A stretch of 64,000 bases of DNA from Candidatus Omnitrophota bacterium (GCA_035368605.1 DAOSLF010000002.1:12023-76022), one strand, 5' to 3'; positions 47,423 to 57,087 are shown, numbered from the stretch's first letter. Notes: generated by a model from the letters alone, not told the origin. Numbers and translations are program-made.

Positions 47423-49543
47423 TTACTGGGGTGAAGCTTCAGGCGCTCCGGCCGGCGAAGGGTTCTCCCCTTCCTTGTCCTCTTTTTTGGGGAGGCTCGC
47501 CGTCGTGTAGGTGCACTTGGGATAATTCGAGCAGCCGTAGAAAGCGCGGCGGCCTTTGGCCTTGCGCTTCACCAGTTCCCCGCCGCAGCCCGACTCGGGA
47601 CAATAGAATCCGGTCGGAATCGAACGGGTGTATTTGCATTCCGGAAAACCGGAACAGGCGAGAAACTGCCCGAACCGGCCGAACTTTATCAGGAGCTGTT
47701 TCCCGCACAGACCGCATTTATGGTCCGTGGGGATCGGCTCCCTTTTGAAACTTTTCATCTCTTCCCTGGCTTTCTCAAGCAGGGCACTGAACGGTCCGTT
47801 GAAATCCCGCAGGACCTGTTTCCATTCCATCTTGCCTTCTTCGATCTCGTCGAATTCCTCTTCCATGAACGCCGTAAATTCCGTCTCGAGCACCTTCGGG
47901 AAATGCTGCACAAGGAGGTCGGTCACGATCTCACCAAGCTCCGTCGGGATCAGCGCCCCGCTTTTCTTTTCGCAATAATCGCGGTCCAGCAGGGTCGAGA
48001 TCGTCGGCGCGTAGGTGCTCGGCCGTCCGATCCCTTTTTCCTCGAGCATACGGACAAGGCTCGCGTCGTTGAAACGCGCCGGCGGTTTCGTGAAATGCTG
48101 ATCACCCGCGAGCTCATGAAGTTTCAACTTCTGTCCGACCCGCAAGTCGGGCACTTCCACCGCCTCGGGCTCTTCTTCCCCGTTTTTCGCGGTATCCCTT
48201 TCTGTCCTGATCTCGCCGAACGCGGCCGTGAACCCCGGGAACAGGTTCTTTGTCCCGCTCGTCTTGAACCAGTATTTGTCCCCCGCAAGGATCGCAACCG
48301 ACGTGACTTCGTCCACGGCGGGGACCATCTGCGATGCGACAAATTTCCGCCAGATCAACTCATAGAGTTTCAGTTCATCTTCGGCGAGATACGCCTTCAC
48401 GAGCTCCGGCGTACGGTACACGGATGTGGGACGCACCGCCTCGTGCGCTTCCTGGGCCCCCTTGCGGGACTTGTAGACCGGCGGCGCATCGGGGAGATAA
48501 TCCGCCCCGAATTTTTCCTTGATGAACTGGATGGCCTCCTGCTGGGCGGCCGCGGCGACATTCACGGAATCCGTGCGCATGTAGGTAATCAGACCCACGC
48601 TCCCCTCCTCGCCAAGCTCAATACCTTCATAGAGCCGCTGGGCGATGCGCATCGTGTTTGCGGAGGAGAATCCGATGCGGGTGTACGATTCCTGCTGCAG
48701 CTTGCTCGTCGTGTAGGGCGCCTGGGGCTTGCGGCGTTTCTCGGTCTTGTCGATTCTGGAGACCTCAAACGGAAGATTTATCAGCTCCTGCTTGATCGCT
48801 TCGGTGGCCTGGAGGTCCACCAGAACGGGTTTTTCGGACCCGATCCTGTCGAGCCGCGAAAGGAAGATTTTATCCTGCGCCTCTTCGGGGGAAAGACGCG
48901 CGTCGAGCGTCCAGTATTCCTGCGGAACGAACTTCCGGATCTCGCGTTCGCGGTCCACAATAAAACGGAGCGCCACGGATTGCACCCGTCCCGCACTGAG
49001 CCCCTTGCCAACCTTCTTCCAGAGAAGCGGACTAAGCTGATAGCCGACAATCCGGTCCAGGATGCGTCGGGCCTGCTGCGCGTTCACGAGGTTGATGTCG
49101 ATATCACGGGGATGTTCGAACGCGCGCAGTACGGCCTCCTTCGTGATCTCATGGAATTCGACGCGTTGTATCCGGAGGTCCTTGTTCGCTTCGCGGAAAA
49201 CATACGCCAAATGCCAGCTGATGGCCTCCCCCTCCCGGTCAGGGTCGGTCGCAAGATACACGGAGACTTTGCCCGCGGCGGAGGCCTTGAGGTGTTTGGC
49301 CGTCTTGATATTCTTCGGAGAAATGATGTACTCGGGCGTGAAATCGTTCGCGAGGTCCACACCCATCCGGCTCTTGGGAAGGTCCCGGACGTGGCCCATG
49401 GAGGCTTCAACCTGGTAATCCTTGCCGAGGAATTTATTGATGGTCCTGGCTTTGGCGGGAGATTCGACGATGACGAGATGTCTCGCGCTCGATATCCTGG
49501 CGGATTCCTTCTTTTTACCTGACGCCTTCTTCACTTTTGCCAC
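47423..49543 (-). CDS. topA: DNA topoisomerase I with C-terminal zinc ribbons
   Basis: 706 aa. Toprim N-terminus (LVIVESPAKARTINKFLGKDY), an active-site Tyr region, and three C-terminal C4 zinc-ribbon motifs. GTG start. Confidence 0.95.
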   Translation of the reverse strand: MAKVKKASGKKKESARISSARHLVIVESPAKARTINKFLGKDYQVEASMGHVRDLPKSRMGVDLANDFTPEYIISPKNIKTAKHLKASAAGKVSVYLATDPDREGEAISWHLAYVFREANKDLRIQRVEFHEITKEAVLRAFEHPRDIDINLVNAQQARRILDRIVGYQLSPLLWKKVGKGLSAGRVQSVALRFIVDREREIRKFVPQEYWTLDARLSPEEAQDKIFLSRLDRIGSEKPVLVDLQATEAIKQELINLPFEVSRIDKTEKRRKPQAPYTTSKLQQESYTRIGFSSANTMRIAQRLYEGIELGEEGSVGLITYMRTDSVNVAAAAQQEAIQFIKEKFGADYLPDAPPVYKSRKGAQEAHEAVRPTSVYRTPELVKAYLAEDELKLYELIWRKFVASQMVPAVDEVTSVAILAGDKYWFKTSGTKNLFPGFTAAFGEIRTERDTAKNGEEEPEAVEVPDLRVGQKLKLHELAGDQHFTKPPARFNDASLVRMLEEKGIGRPSTYAPTISTLLDRDYCEKKSGALIPTELGEIVTDLLVQHFPKVLETEFTAFMEEEFDEIEEGKMEWKQVLRDFNGPFSALLEKAREEMKSFKREPIPTDHKCGLCGKQLLIKFGRFGQFLACSGFPECKYTRSIPTGFYCPESGCGGELVKRKAKGRRAFYGCSNYPKCTYTTASLPKKEDKEGENPSPAGAPEASPQ

Positions 49544-49608
49544 AAAAACCCCTTTAAAAAACGTCCTGAACCATTCTGTTAAACGCGGGCAGGCTTTTAA
49601 AGGGAGCG

Positions 49609-49637
49609 ATTCTAATCAAAAGGCATGGGATTGTAAA
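49609..49637 (-). promoter_or_regulatory. Candidate sigma70 promoter for topA (TTTACA-N17-TAGAAT)
   Basis: On the - strand: -35 TTTACA at 49632-49637, -10 TAGAAT at 49609-49614, spacer exactly 17 nt, about 60 nt upstream of the topA GTG. Confidence 0.4.
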
Positions 49638-49681
49638 TCCGATTTTATCGGACTTTGCATAACCTGTTCAGCAGCAACGGA

Positions 49682-50065
49682 TTACGATATCTGATCCCAA
49701 GGATCTCTTTTAATATCGCCCGAAAGAGGATTCTTTTTTTTGAGGGGTTCTTTGGAAAGATTATACAAAATTTCCAGCTCCAGAATCTGAGAGTCCCGAA
49801 CCGCTTCTTTCTCGATCCGGCGAACCAGACGTTTCAAGGTTCCGATCCTCATCCCGAACCTTTCAACGCAAAGGGTGGTGAGCAAACGGGTTAGCAGGCT
49901 AACGTGGACTTCGAGGTCCGTGAGGCGTCCCTCGTCTCGCCCCCTGCTCTCCGAAGCTTCTTTCACCTGCTTTTTCAGTTCGGCCACTTGCGAATAGAGC
50001 AGCAGAGCTTCCTTGAGAGAGGTCTCGGCCGAGGAACTTTTGCGCGCTTTTTTCGTTTTTTTCAT
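49682..50065 (-). CDS. Hypothetical Lys-rich, coiled-coil-containing protein
   Basis: 127-aa ORF lying between the RDD-gene terminator and the topA promoter region. No family was recognised. Confidence 0.35.
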   Translation of the reverse strand: MKKTKKARKSSSAETSLKEALLLYSQVAELKKQVKEASESRGRDEGRLTDLEVHVSLLTRLLTTLCVERFGMRIGTLKRLVRRIEKEAVRDSQILELEILYNLSKEPLKKKNPLSGDIKRDPWDQIS

Positions 50066-50142
50066 AATCCGTCCACCTTATTAATTATACCACACACCTC
50101 ATCCGGGGCAGGATAAGCCACGGGACCTCCGGAGACAAAAAA

Positions 50143-50179
50143 ATCCTCCTCTATGGTTCGCACAGAGGAGGATTTTTTT
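50143..50179. terminator. Rho-independent terminator (bidirectional architecture) downstream of the RDD gene
   Basis: AAAAAAA, then ATCCTCCTCT (50143-50152), an 11-nt loop, AGAGGAGGAT (50164-50173) and TTTTTTT. Perfect 10-bp stem. Confidence 0.65.
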
Positions 50180-50187
50180 GAAAAAAG

Positions 50188-50739
50188 TTACGCTTCAACC
50201 ACCTGGGTTTTGGCCCAGATATCCGCCAAACGACCGGACGCCACCGGTTCCTTATCGAGGACCAGAAAGACAATCGGCGCGATGAGGGCTAGGAGAAGCC
50301 CGACCACAGCCAGCGGACCACCCGCGATCACAGCCGGGAAAAAGGCCAGCACGAGGACGAGTGTGATTCCGTAAGCGATCCGGCGCCCGAGCAGTGAACC
50401 GCTGATCAGAAGCCTCGCGATCTCGCACACATAACCGGTCGACAGCACAAAGGGAACAATCAAAAAGATGTTCCGGACGAAAGACTGGAGCAGGGTCACC
50501 TTTCCTCCGAGCAAGCTGATGACGCGCGTCTTGATCATCGCGCGACCGGGGGCCCAAACGGCGTCGCGAAAAATCAGCCAGGCGACGTTGATGAAGATGA
50601 GCACGATATTGCGAACCGCATCTGACGCCATGAAGAGGGCCAACGCGATAACAACACCGAGAACGATCGGAACGACAACAAGATCGATAATCCCGGCCGC
50701 GAACCTTTTACCTTTGCCTGCTGGAACCAGTCCTTCCAT
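50188..50739 (-). CDS. RDD-family membrane protein
   Basis: 183 aa. N-terminal KRFAAGIIDLVVVPIVLGVVIALALFM plus three TM helices. Confidence 0.6.
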   Translation of the reverse strand: MEGLVPAGKGKRFAAGIIDLVVVPIVLGVVIALALFMASDAVRNIVLIFINVAWLIFRDAVWAPGRAMIKTRVISLLGGKVTLLQSFVRNIFLIVPFVLSTGYVCEIARLLISGSLLGRRIAYGITLVLVLAFFPAVIAGGPLAVVGLLLALIAPIVFLVLDKEPVASGRLADIWAKTQVVEA

Positions 50740-50882
50740 TGCGAATCTCCTTTCGTTTATACAGCCCGAAGCCCTAAAAAGACGTCACACCCCACTGGAA
50801 TCTAGCCCTTCGGAACGAGGCTGTCAAAAACTTTTTCTGACAAGAACGCCCCGATAACCTAAGCATCGGCAGCCTCCGGATT

Positions 50883-52100
50883 TCATTTAGTCATAAAATA
50901 CCTGCCGTCCGGAGTTTTCCGGATCCGCCCCCCAAGCTCCAGCATAAACAGCAGCGTCGCGACCCTTGCCGCATCCAGTCCCGTCATTTCAAGAATCTCA
51001 TCAACCGTCATGCCGCTCTCCTCACGCAGGGCTTCGAGCAGGATCGCCGACTCCTCATCCTTCTCTTCTCCCGGGAGTGTCTCTTCATTGACGACCACCG
51101 ACGCTTCCTCCTCCTTGTTTACCGGCACGGGTTGTATCGGTACACCGGTAGCGGATTCCTCGGCCGTGGCGCTCACGAAAGATTCGGGAGGAGCAACGGA
51201 CCGCCAGCGGTCAGCAAGGGCTTCAAAGATCTCCTCCGGGCTTTCGATCAAGGCCGCTCCCTCCCTGATCAGTTGATGGGTGCCGCGCGACGTCAGCTGA
51301 TCGACCGGCCCCGGGAGCGCGAACACCTCCCTGCCCTGGTCGAGCGCCTCGTGGGCGGTAATCAGCGAACCGCTCCGCGAATGGGCTTCGATCACAAGCA
51401 CGCCGTGACTGAGCCCGGAGATGATCCGGTTCCGCCTCGGGAAATTTTCAGCAAGCGGCGGGGTCCCGAGCGGATATTCGCTGATCAGCGCCCCCCGCTC
51501 CGTGATCTTCCCGGACAGTTTTTCATTCTCTTTGGGATAGACAACATCGATACCGCATCCAAGCACCGCGATCGTCCTGCCGTAGGGAATCCCGAGGGCC
51601 GCCTCGTGCGCCGCCTGGTCAACGCCGCGGGCGAGACCGGAGATGATCGTGATCCCTTTCGCGGCAAGCTCTCCCGAAAAACGCCTGGCTTGCGTTCTGC
51701 CATAAAAACTCGGATGCCGCGTCCCGACCACCGCAACGGCATTGGCATCACCGGTCTCAAGCATCCCTTTCATGTAAAAAAGAAGCGGAGGATCGGGGAT
51801 CTCCTTCAACGCGGCCGGGTACTCCGCGTCGAGGACTGTGCATAACGCGACCCCTTCCCTCCGGCACTCATCGAGCTCCTTTAACGGATCGAACGGCTCT
51901 TTCGTTCCCTCCTCATTCAGGACTTCGAGGACCTCGCCGGGATATTGTCCTTCGCGTAAAAGCTCCACCGCCCGCCGCCTTTCCCGGATCCCAAGGCGAT
52001 TTAAAACAAGCATGGAGGCAAGGTCCCGGTCGGACATGGAGTTCATAGATGATATCCTGCCGGTCGTCTTTCCCGGAGGTTCCCCGGGTCTGCGGAACAA
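50883..52100 (-). CDS. dprA: DNA processing protein DprA (Smf)
   Basis: Rossmann-like DprA core (VAVVGTRHPSFYGRTQARRFSGELAAKGITIISGLARGVDQAAHEAAL) plus a C-terminal winged helix. Alternative start at the internal MNSMSDRD (52046). Adjacent to topA, as in many bacteria. Confidence 0.85.
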   Translation of the reverse strand: MFRRPGEPPGKTTGRISSMNSMSDRDLASMLVLNRLGIRERRRAVELLREGQYPGEVLEVLNEEGTKEPFDPLKELDECRREGVALCTVLDAEYPAALKEIPDPPLLFYMKGMLETGDANAVAVVGTRHPSFYGRTQARRFSGELAAKGITIISGLARGVDQAAHEAALGIPYGRTIAVLGCGIDVVYPKENEKLSGKITERGALISEYPLGTPPLAENFPRRNRIISGLSHGVLVIEAHSRSGSLITAHEALDQGREVFALPGPVDQLTSRGTHQLIREGAALIESPEEIFEALADRWRSVAPPESFVSATAEESATGVPIQPVPVNKEEEASVVVNEETLPGEEKDEESAILLEALREESGMTVDEILEMTGLDAARVATLLFMLELGGRIRKTPDGRYFMTK

Positions 52101-52212
52101 CGGACCGTATCAGCCATCATCTTTCGTCCGCAAAAGAAAACAATGGTCCGGAAGATCCGCCTGTGTGGTATGGGGGTGCGCCTGCTCCTCATGCGGCAAG
52201 CCTAACATGATT

Positions 52213-52249
52213 TTTGCTATAAATCAATAATATATTGATTTATAGCAAA
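52213..52249. promoter_or_regulatory. AT-rich perfect inverted repeat (16-17-bp arms, 3-bp spacer; core 52214-52248 TTGCTATAAATCAATA ata TATTGATTTATAGCAA) in the aroB-dprA intergenic region
   Basis: Verified base by base. It is strikingly AT-rich in a ~62% GC genome and lies ~115-150 nt upstream of the candidate dprA start codons and 37 nt downstream of the aroB stop. Confidence 0.5.
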
Positions 52250-52285
52250 TGTTTGAGCGCCGCCTTCCTCTCTCTGAAAAAGCGG

Positions 52286-53383
52286 TTATCGGGCGCCGAA
52301 AAGGCGGAGAATATTGCGGAGTTCGCCGGCAGAGATACCGGTCTTGATCGTAACCTTGCCGATCCGTTCGGGGAGAACGAAGCGGAGACGGCCCCCCGCT
52401 TTCTTTTTGTCCCGCATCATGGCCTTCAGGACCGTCGCGGACCGGATCTTCAGGTTGTCAACGGCAACGGGCAGGCCGAGCCTCTTTAAAAGCGCGAGCT
52501 GGCGTCTCACAAATTCCGGCGAGCATATCCCGATCTCGGCGGCAAGGTGCGCCGCCATCGCCATGCCGATCCCAATCGCTTCGCCGTGAACGATTTTTCT
52601 GTATTTTGCCGCGTTCTCGATCCCGTGACCGAATGTATGCCCGTAGTTCAGGATCATTCGTTCACCCTTCGTCTCGTATTCGTCCCGGCTCACGACACCG
52701 GCCTTGATACACGCGGAGTCGGTTACAATCCGCTCAAGCGCCGCCGCGTTCTTTTCAAGAATCCTCCCCGCGTTCCTTTCGAGGAACCGGAACAGCCGCG
52801 CGTCGCGGATCACGCCGTATTTCACAACTTCCGCGAGCGACGCGCAAAGTTCTTTCGCGGGAAGCGAATCCAGGACACCGACATCGGAGATCACAAGCGC
52901 CGGGGGATGGAACGCGCCCATCAGGTTCTTCCCTTCGGGAAGGTTGATCCCCGTCTTGCCGCCAATCGAACTGTCGACCTGGGCAAGCAAGGTTGTCGCG
53001 ACATTCACATAACGGATCCCGCGAAGATACACGGAGGCCGCGAAACCGGAAAGATCGCTGACGACACCTCCGCCGACCGCGACAATGCCGTCCTTTCGTT
53101 CAAAACCTTTCGCGAGCAGCACGTGGAGCAGCCGGAAAAGCTCTTTTCCGGATTTGGCGCGCTCCCCGTCAGGCAGGGTGTGGAAAGAGACCTTGAACCC
53201 TTTTCGGGTGATCGCTTCCGCGACCGTTCGCGCGTAACGGCTTATTCCGGTCTGGGAGACCACCAGAATCCGGGCGCCCGGCCGGAAGAGCCCGGAAAGC
53301 AGGCTCCCGCTCCGGGCAAGAATCCCTTTCCCGACCACGATCTTATAGGCGCCTTTGATGCTTTTGACAGGAATGGTCTTCAT
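52286..53383 (-). CDS. aroB: 3-dehydroquinate synthase
   Basis: 365 aa. GGGVVSDLSGFAASVYLRGIRYVNVATTLLAQVDSSIGGKTGIN. Confidence 0.9.
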   Translation of the reverse strand: MKTIPVKSIKGAYKIVVGKGILARSGSLLSGLFRPGARILVVSQTGISRYARTVAEAITRKGFKVSFHTLPDGERAKSGKELFRLLHVLLAKGFERKDGIVAVGGGVVSDLSGFAASVYLRGIRYVNVATTLLAQVDSSIGGKTGINLPEGKNLMGAFHPPALVISDVGVLDSLPAKELCASLAEVVKYGVIRDARLFRFLERNAGRILEKNAAALERIVTDSACIKAGVVSRDEYETKGERMILNYGHTFGHGIENAAKYRKIVHGEAIGIGMAMAAHLAAEIGICSPEFVRRQLALLKRLGLPVAVDNLKIRSATVLKAMMRDKKKAGGRLRFVLPERIGKVTIKTGISAGELRNILRLFGAR

Positions 53384-53387
53384 TGTT

Positions 53388-53888
53388 TTATTTCATCAAT
53401 GCCTTGATCTGTTGAGCAGTCGCTTCCGCGGTCAGGCCGTCCGTCATCACCGCGTGATCGCAGGTTGCGCGATAGCGGGCCTTCCGCACCTCATAAATCC
53501 CTTCGAGGGCGTCCATGGGATCCGGCGTGTTGAGAAGCGGCCGATCCCGGTTCCGGCATACCCGTTCCCACAAAACCGGAAGCGTCGCCTCGAGCAGGAT
53601 GATCTTTCCCGTCCTCTTCATGAGATCCACATTCTCGTCCCGCAAGATAATCCCGCCGCCCGTCGCGAAAACGCGCCGGGCTTCGGCCGAGATTTTTTTC
53701 AGGACCGCCGTTTCCACATCCCGGAAATACGACTCACCGTCCGTCGCGAAGATCTCAACGATCGGCCGCCCCTCCTGTTTCTCGATCTCGGAGTCGATGT
53801 CCGTAAACTGATACCCGGTCAGGGCCGCCAGAGCCTTCCCGGTCACGCTCTTTCCCGACCCCATCATCCCCGTAAGATAGATGTTCAT
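53388..53888 (-). CDS. aroK: Shikimate kinase
   Basis: MNIYLTGMMGSGKSVTGKALAALTGYQFTDIDSEIE. Start at the internal ATG (53886-53888), 14 nt after the aroC stop. Confidence 0.8.
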   Translation of the reverse strand: MNIYLTGMMGSGKSVTGKALAALTGYQFTDIDSEIEKQEGRPIVEIFATDGESYFRDVETAVLKKISAEARRVFATGGGIILRDENVDLMKRTGKIILLEATLPVLWERVCRNRDRPLLNTPDPMDALEGIYEVRKARYRATCDHAVMTDGLTAEATAQQIKALMK

Positions 53889-53902
53889 CGCTCTCCCGCT
53901 TC

Positions 53903-55021
53903 TCAGCCGCGAATTTGCCTCCGGTACCCGTCGTAATTCCGCCGGATCTCCCGCATGGAATCTCCGCCGAATTTTTCGAGGAAGGCGTCCGCGAGCACAT
54001 ACGCCACGAGCGCCTCGCCGATCACGCTGCCCGCCGGAACCGCGCAAAAATCACTGCGTTCGAAATCCGCCTTTTCGGTCCGCTTTGTGCGCATGTTAAC
54101 CGAGGCGAGCGGGCGAGCGAGGGTCGCGATCGGTTTCATCGTCACCCGGACCACCACATCCTCCCCGTTCGTCATGCCGCCTTCGATACCACCCGCGCGG
54201 TTCGTCCGGTGATAATAGCCGCGGGATTTTGAATAAAAGATCTCATCGTGGGCCCCGGAACCGTAGAGGGACCCGAGACGGTCCCCCTCGCCGATCTCCA
54301 CGGCCTTCACGGATTGTTTACTCATCAGCATTCCCGCGAGTCGTCCATCGAGTTTTCTCGCGTGATGGACACAGGAACCCAGCCCGGCCGGAAGTCCCGC
54401 CGCGCGGACCTCGTATTTTCCGCCGACCGTATCCGATTGTTTCCGGGCCTTCTCGATCACCCGGATCATGGCCCGGGCCGTTTTCGGACAAACACAGTTG
54501 ACGGGCGAATCTTTCGTGAGCGCCCGGATCTCTTTGACGGTCAGCGACCGCTCCGGGAGCGAGGCCGGGCCGATCCGAACCACGTGGGACGCGATCTCGA
54601 TCCCGAATTCACGGAGAAACAATTTGCAGGCGGCGCCGGCCGCGACACGCATCGAGGTCTCGCGCGCGCTCGAGCGTTCGAGGATCGCGCGGATGCTCTG
54701 GTGATACTTGAGCGCCCCGGCGAGGTCCGCGTGTCCCGGCCTCGGCCGTTCGAGGTCCGGCAACGCGTCCACCGTATTGTCCCTGTTCTTGAGAATCAGC
54801 CCGAGCGGCGCCCCCGTCGTCTTGCCCCGGATCACGCCCCCCATGATCTCGACACAGTCGGTCTCGATCTTTTGCCGCCCGCCGCGCCCGAAGCCTCCCT
54901 GGCGCCGGCGCAGTTCGGCGTTCACGAAATCAAGGTCGAACGCAAGACCGCTCGGCAATCCCTCGAGGATCGTCGCAAGGTACTTTCCATGTGATTCTCC
55001 GGTCGTGATGTAATTCAGCAT
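53903..55021 (-). CDS. aroC: Chorismate synthase
   Basis: 372 aa. MLNYITTGESHGKYLATILEGLPSGL and overall AroC similarity. Confidence 0.95.
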   Translation of the reverse strand: MLNYITTGESHGKYLATILEGLPSGLAFDLDFVNAELRRRQGGFGRGGRQKIETDCVEIMGGVIRGKTTGAPLGLILKNRDNTVDALPDLERPRPGHADLAGALKYHQSIRAILERSSARETSMRVAAGAACKLFLREFGIEIASHVVRIGPASLPERSLTVKEIRALTKDSPVNCVCPKTARAMIRVIEKARKQSDTVGGKYEVRAAGLPAGLGSCVHHARKLDGRLAGMLMSKQSVKAVEIGEGDRLGSLYGSGAHDEIFYSKSRGYYHRTNRAGGIEGGMTNGEDVVVRVTMKPIATLARPLASVNMRTKRTEKADFERSDFCAVPAGSVIGEALVAYVLADAFLEKFGGDSMREIRRNYDGYRRQIRG

Positions 55022-55024
55022 GTG

Positions 55025-56185
55025 TCAGACTCCGTATAGTGTTGAAAAAAGGTCCAGAATCTCCGGCCCCGCGAAATAGAAAATGACCGCCATCACGGCC
55101 AGGAAAGGACCATACGGGATCGTTTCCTGTTTTTTCGCGAACCGGCAAAAAAGCGCGTACGGCAATGCGATAAAAGGCGCAAACATGAAAACAAGGACCG
55201 TCAGCCAAGGCCCGAGAAACGTCCCGATCATCGCCATCAGGCACAGGTCGCCGAACCCCATCGCCTCGCGCGAAAGGACCATCGCCTCGGCTCTCCCCTC
55301 AATCACGCCCGCGTCCGCAAGCGCGTGTTCCTTGCCGGCGACACGGAAGCTTTTTTCGGAGATCTCGACCTCTACGTCCTTGAAATTCCCGCCCGCGAAC
55401 CTCAACGTCGCGGCGCGAAAAACGATCCGGTCCGAAGACCGGTTAAAGATATCGTCCCACGCGATCGAGCTGCAGGACGGATCCAGATATTGCCCGCGCG
55501 TCAGAGTGTCCGCCAGGCGCTGAAAAAAACCGGAAACTCCGCCGGCGCGCGACGCGAGAGGGGCCCCAGGCTGGTCGATCAGCAAACGGTTGTCCTTGAT
55601 AGTAATGACGGTCCCCGGGGCCAGACGGACTTTCCGTTTTCCAAAGAGCAGTTTCCCCAGTTCCGCAACGGCAAAAATGGTCGCGGCGCCCGTCACAAGA
55701 CCGAGCACGCTCGCGAGCAACTTATGATACCACAAGCCCTGAGGCACCAGGCGCGCGTTCACAACGCTCACGCAGACCCCGAAGATCATCCCCGTCCACG
55801 TGACGCCATGAGGGATGAATCCCGTTTCCAGGTCCGTCAGCGTCACCACGATCATCATCGACACAAAGACCGCGGCGATCGCGAACGCCGCCGAAAGACC
55901 GCAGCTCCGCCAGATCAGGAGCCAGCTCACGGCGTTCAGAAGTTCCACGAAAAAATACCGGAACGAAATGGGACGCCTGCAGCGGAAGCACTTGCCGCGG
56001 AGAATGAGATAGCTCAGGAGCGGAATATTCTCGTACCACGGGATCGGGATCTTGCATTTCGGACAGAACGACCCCGGCCAAACGATCGAAAGCTCCCGCG
56101 GCATCCGGTGAATGCAAACATTCAGAAAACTCCCCGCGATCGCGCCGAACACGAAGATGATAACGGGGTAGAACATTTCAATCAT
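55025..56185 (-). CDS. pilD: Type IV prepilin peptidase (A24 family, PilD-like) with a ~110-aa insertion in a cytoplasmic loop
   Basis: N-terminal Zn-finger (CPKC...CFRC), TM helices, and the catalytic-loop context ELGKLLFGK ... EAMGFGDLCLMAM. The two motifs are separated by ~110 extra residues; total length is 386 aa versus a typical 250-290. Confidence 0.85.
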   Translation of the reverse strand: MIEMFYPVIIFVFGAIAGSFLNVCIHRMPRELSIVWPGSFCPKCKIPIPWYENIPLLSYLILRGKCFRCRRPISFRYFFVELLNAVSWLLIWRSCGLSAAFAIAAVFVSMMIVVTLTDLETGFIPHGVTWTGMIFGVCVSVVNARLVPQGLWYHKLLASVLGLVTGAATIFAVAELGKLLFGKRKVRLAPGTVITIKDNRLLIDQPGAPLASRAGGVSGFFQRLADTLTRGQYLDPSCSSIAWDDIFNRSSDRIVFRAATLRFAGGNFKDVEVEISEKSFRVAGKEHALADAGVIEGRAEAMVLSREAMGFGDLCLMAMIGTFLGPWLTVLVFMFAPFIALPYALFCRFAKKQETIPYGPFLAVMAVIFYFAGPEILDLFSTLYGV

Positions 56186-57087
56186 GGCTTGCCTTTTGTC
56201 CTGAGCGCCTCGAGGAGCGCGTTACGCATCACACTCACCGGAGCCTTTCCCCCGGTCCAGCATTCGAACGCCCGAACGCCCTGATAAAAAAGCATCCCGA
56301 GACCGTTCAGGGTCCGGTGACCGCGTTTCCGGGCCAACGCGAGAAAACGGGTCTCGGCCGGATTATAGATCAGGTCCATGAAAAGCTTCGGGCCGGCGTC
56401 CGCCTTCGGGATCCACTCCGAAGGGACGGCCATCGGGTCCGTTTTCTTGAGACCGAGCGGCGTGGCATTCACAACAAGATCAGCCTTCCCGATCAGTTCG
56501 CGGATGCGAAGGTCCCCCGACCGGAGGGCCTCAAAAGCGGTCCCGCGGAATACCCGCCCCAGATCGCGGGCGATCTTTTCCGCTTTCTCGGGGAACATGT
56601 CCACCACCGTGACCGCACGGGCTTTTTTCCTGGAAAGACCGTAGACGACCGCCCGCGACGCCCCTCCCGCACCAAGGATGACCGCGCGCTTCCCTTCCGG
56701 CCGATACTTCCCTTCCCTGCCCAACGAGAGCAGGAACCCTTCCATATCGGTGTTCGCGCCGAACCAGCGCGTGCCTTTTTGATAGACCGTGTTGACCGCG
56801 CCGATCTCCCGGGCCTCGCGTGAAATACCGTCAAGGTATTTCAGCACGGTCTCTTTATACGGCACCGTGACATTGAAACCGGAAAGGAGGGAACGTCTGA
56901 GACCGCGCATTGCCTCACGGAATCCCGCGGCATCCTGTTCGAGGACAATATAGTTCGCATCGATCCCGAGGGCGCGAAATCCGGCTTCATGCATGTGGGG
57001 GGAAAGGGTGTGTTCGAGGGGGTAACCGAAGATCCCGAAAAGCCTGAATCCCGTATGACGTTTCACCGATCTCATCGAGCGCTCCAA
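56182..57087 (-). CDS. aroE: Shikimate dehydrogenase
   Basis: 301 aa. FGIFGYPLEHTLSPHMHEAGFRALGIDANY and an NADP-binding GAGGASRAV motif. Confidence 0.85.
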   Translation of the reverse strand: MERSMRSVKRHTGFRLFGIFGYPLEHTLSPHMHEAGFRALGIDANYIVLEQDAAGFREAMRGLRRSLLSGFNVTVPYKETVLKYLDGISREAREIGAVNTVYQKGTRWFGANTDMEGFLLSLGREGKYRPEGKRAVILGAGGASRAVVYGLSRKKARAVTVVDMFPEKAEKIARDLGRVFRGTAFEALRSGDLRIRELIGKADLVVNATPLGLKKTDPMAVPSEWIPKADAGPKLFMDLIYNPAETRFLALARKRGHRTLNGLGMLFYQGVRAFECWTGGKAPVSVMRNALLEALRTKGKP

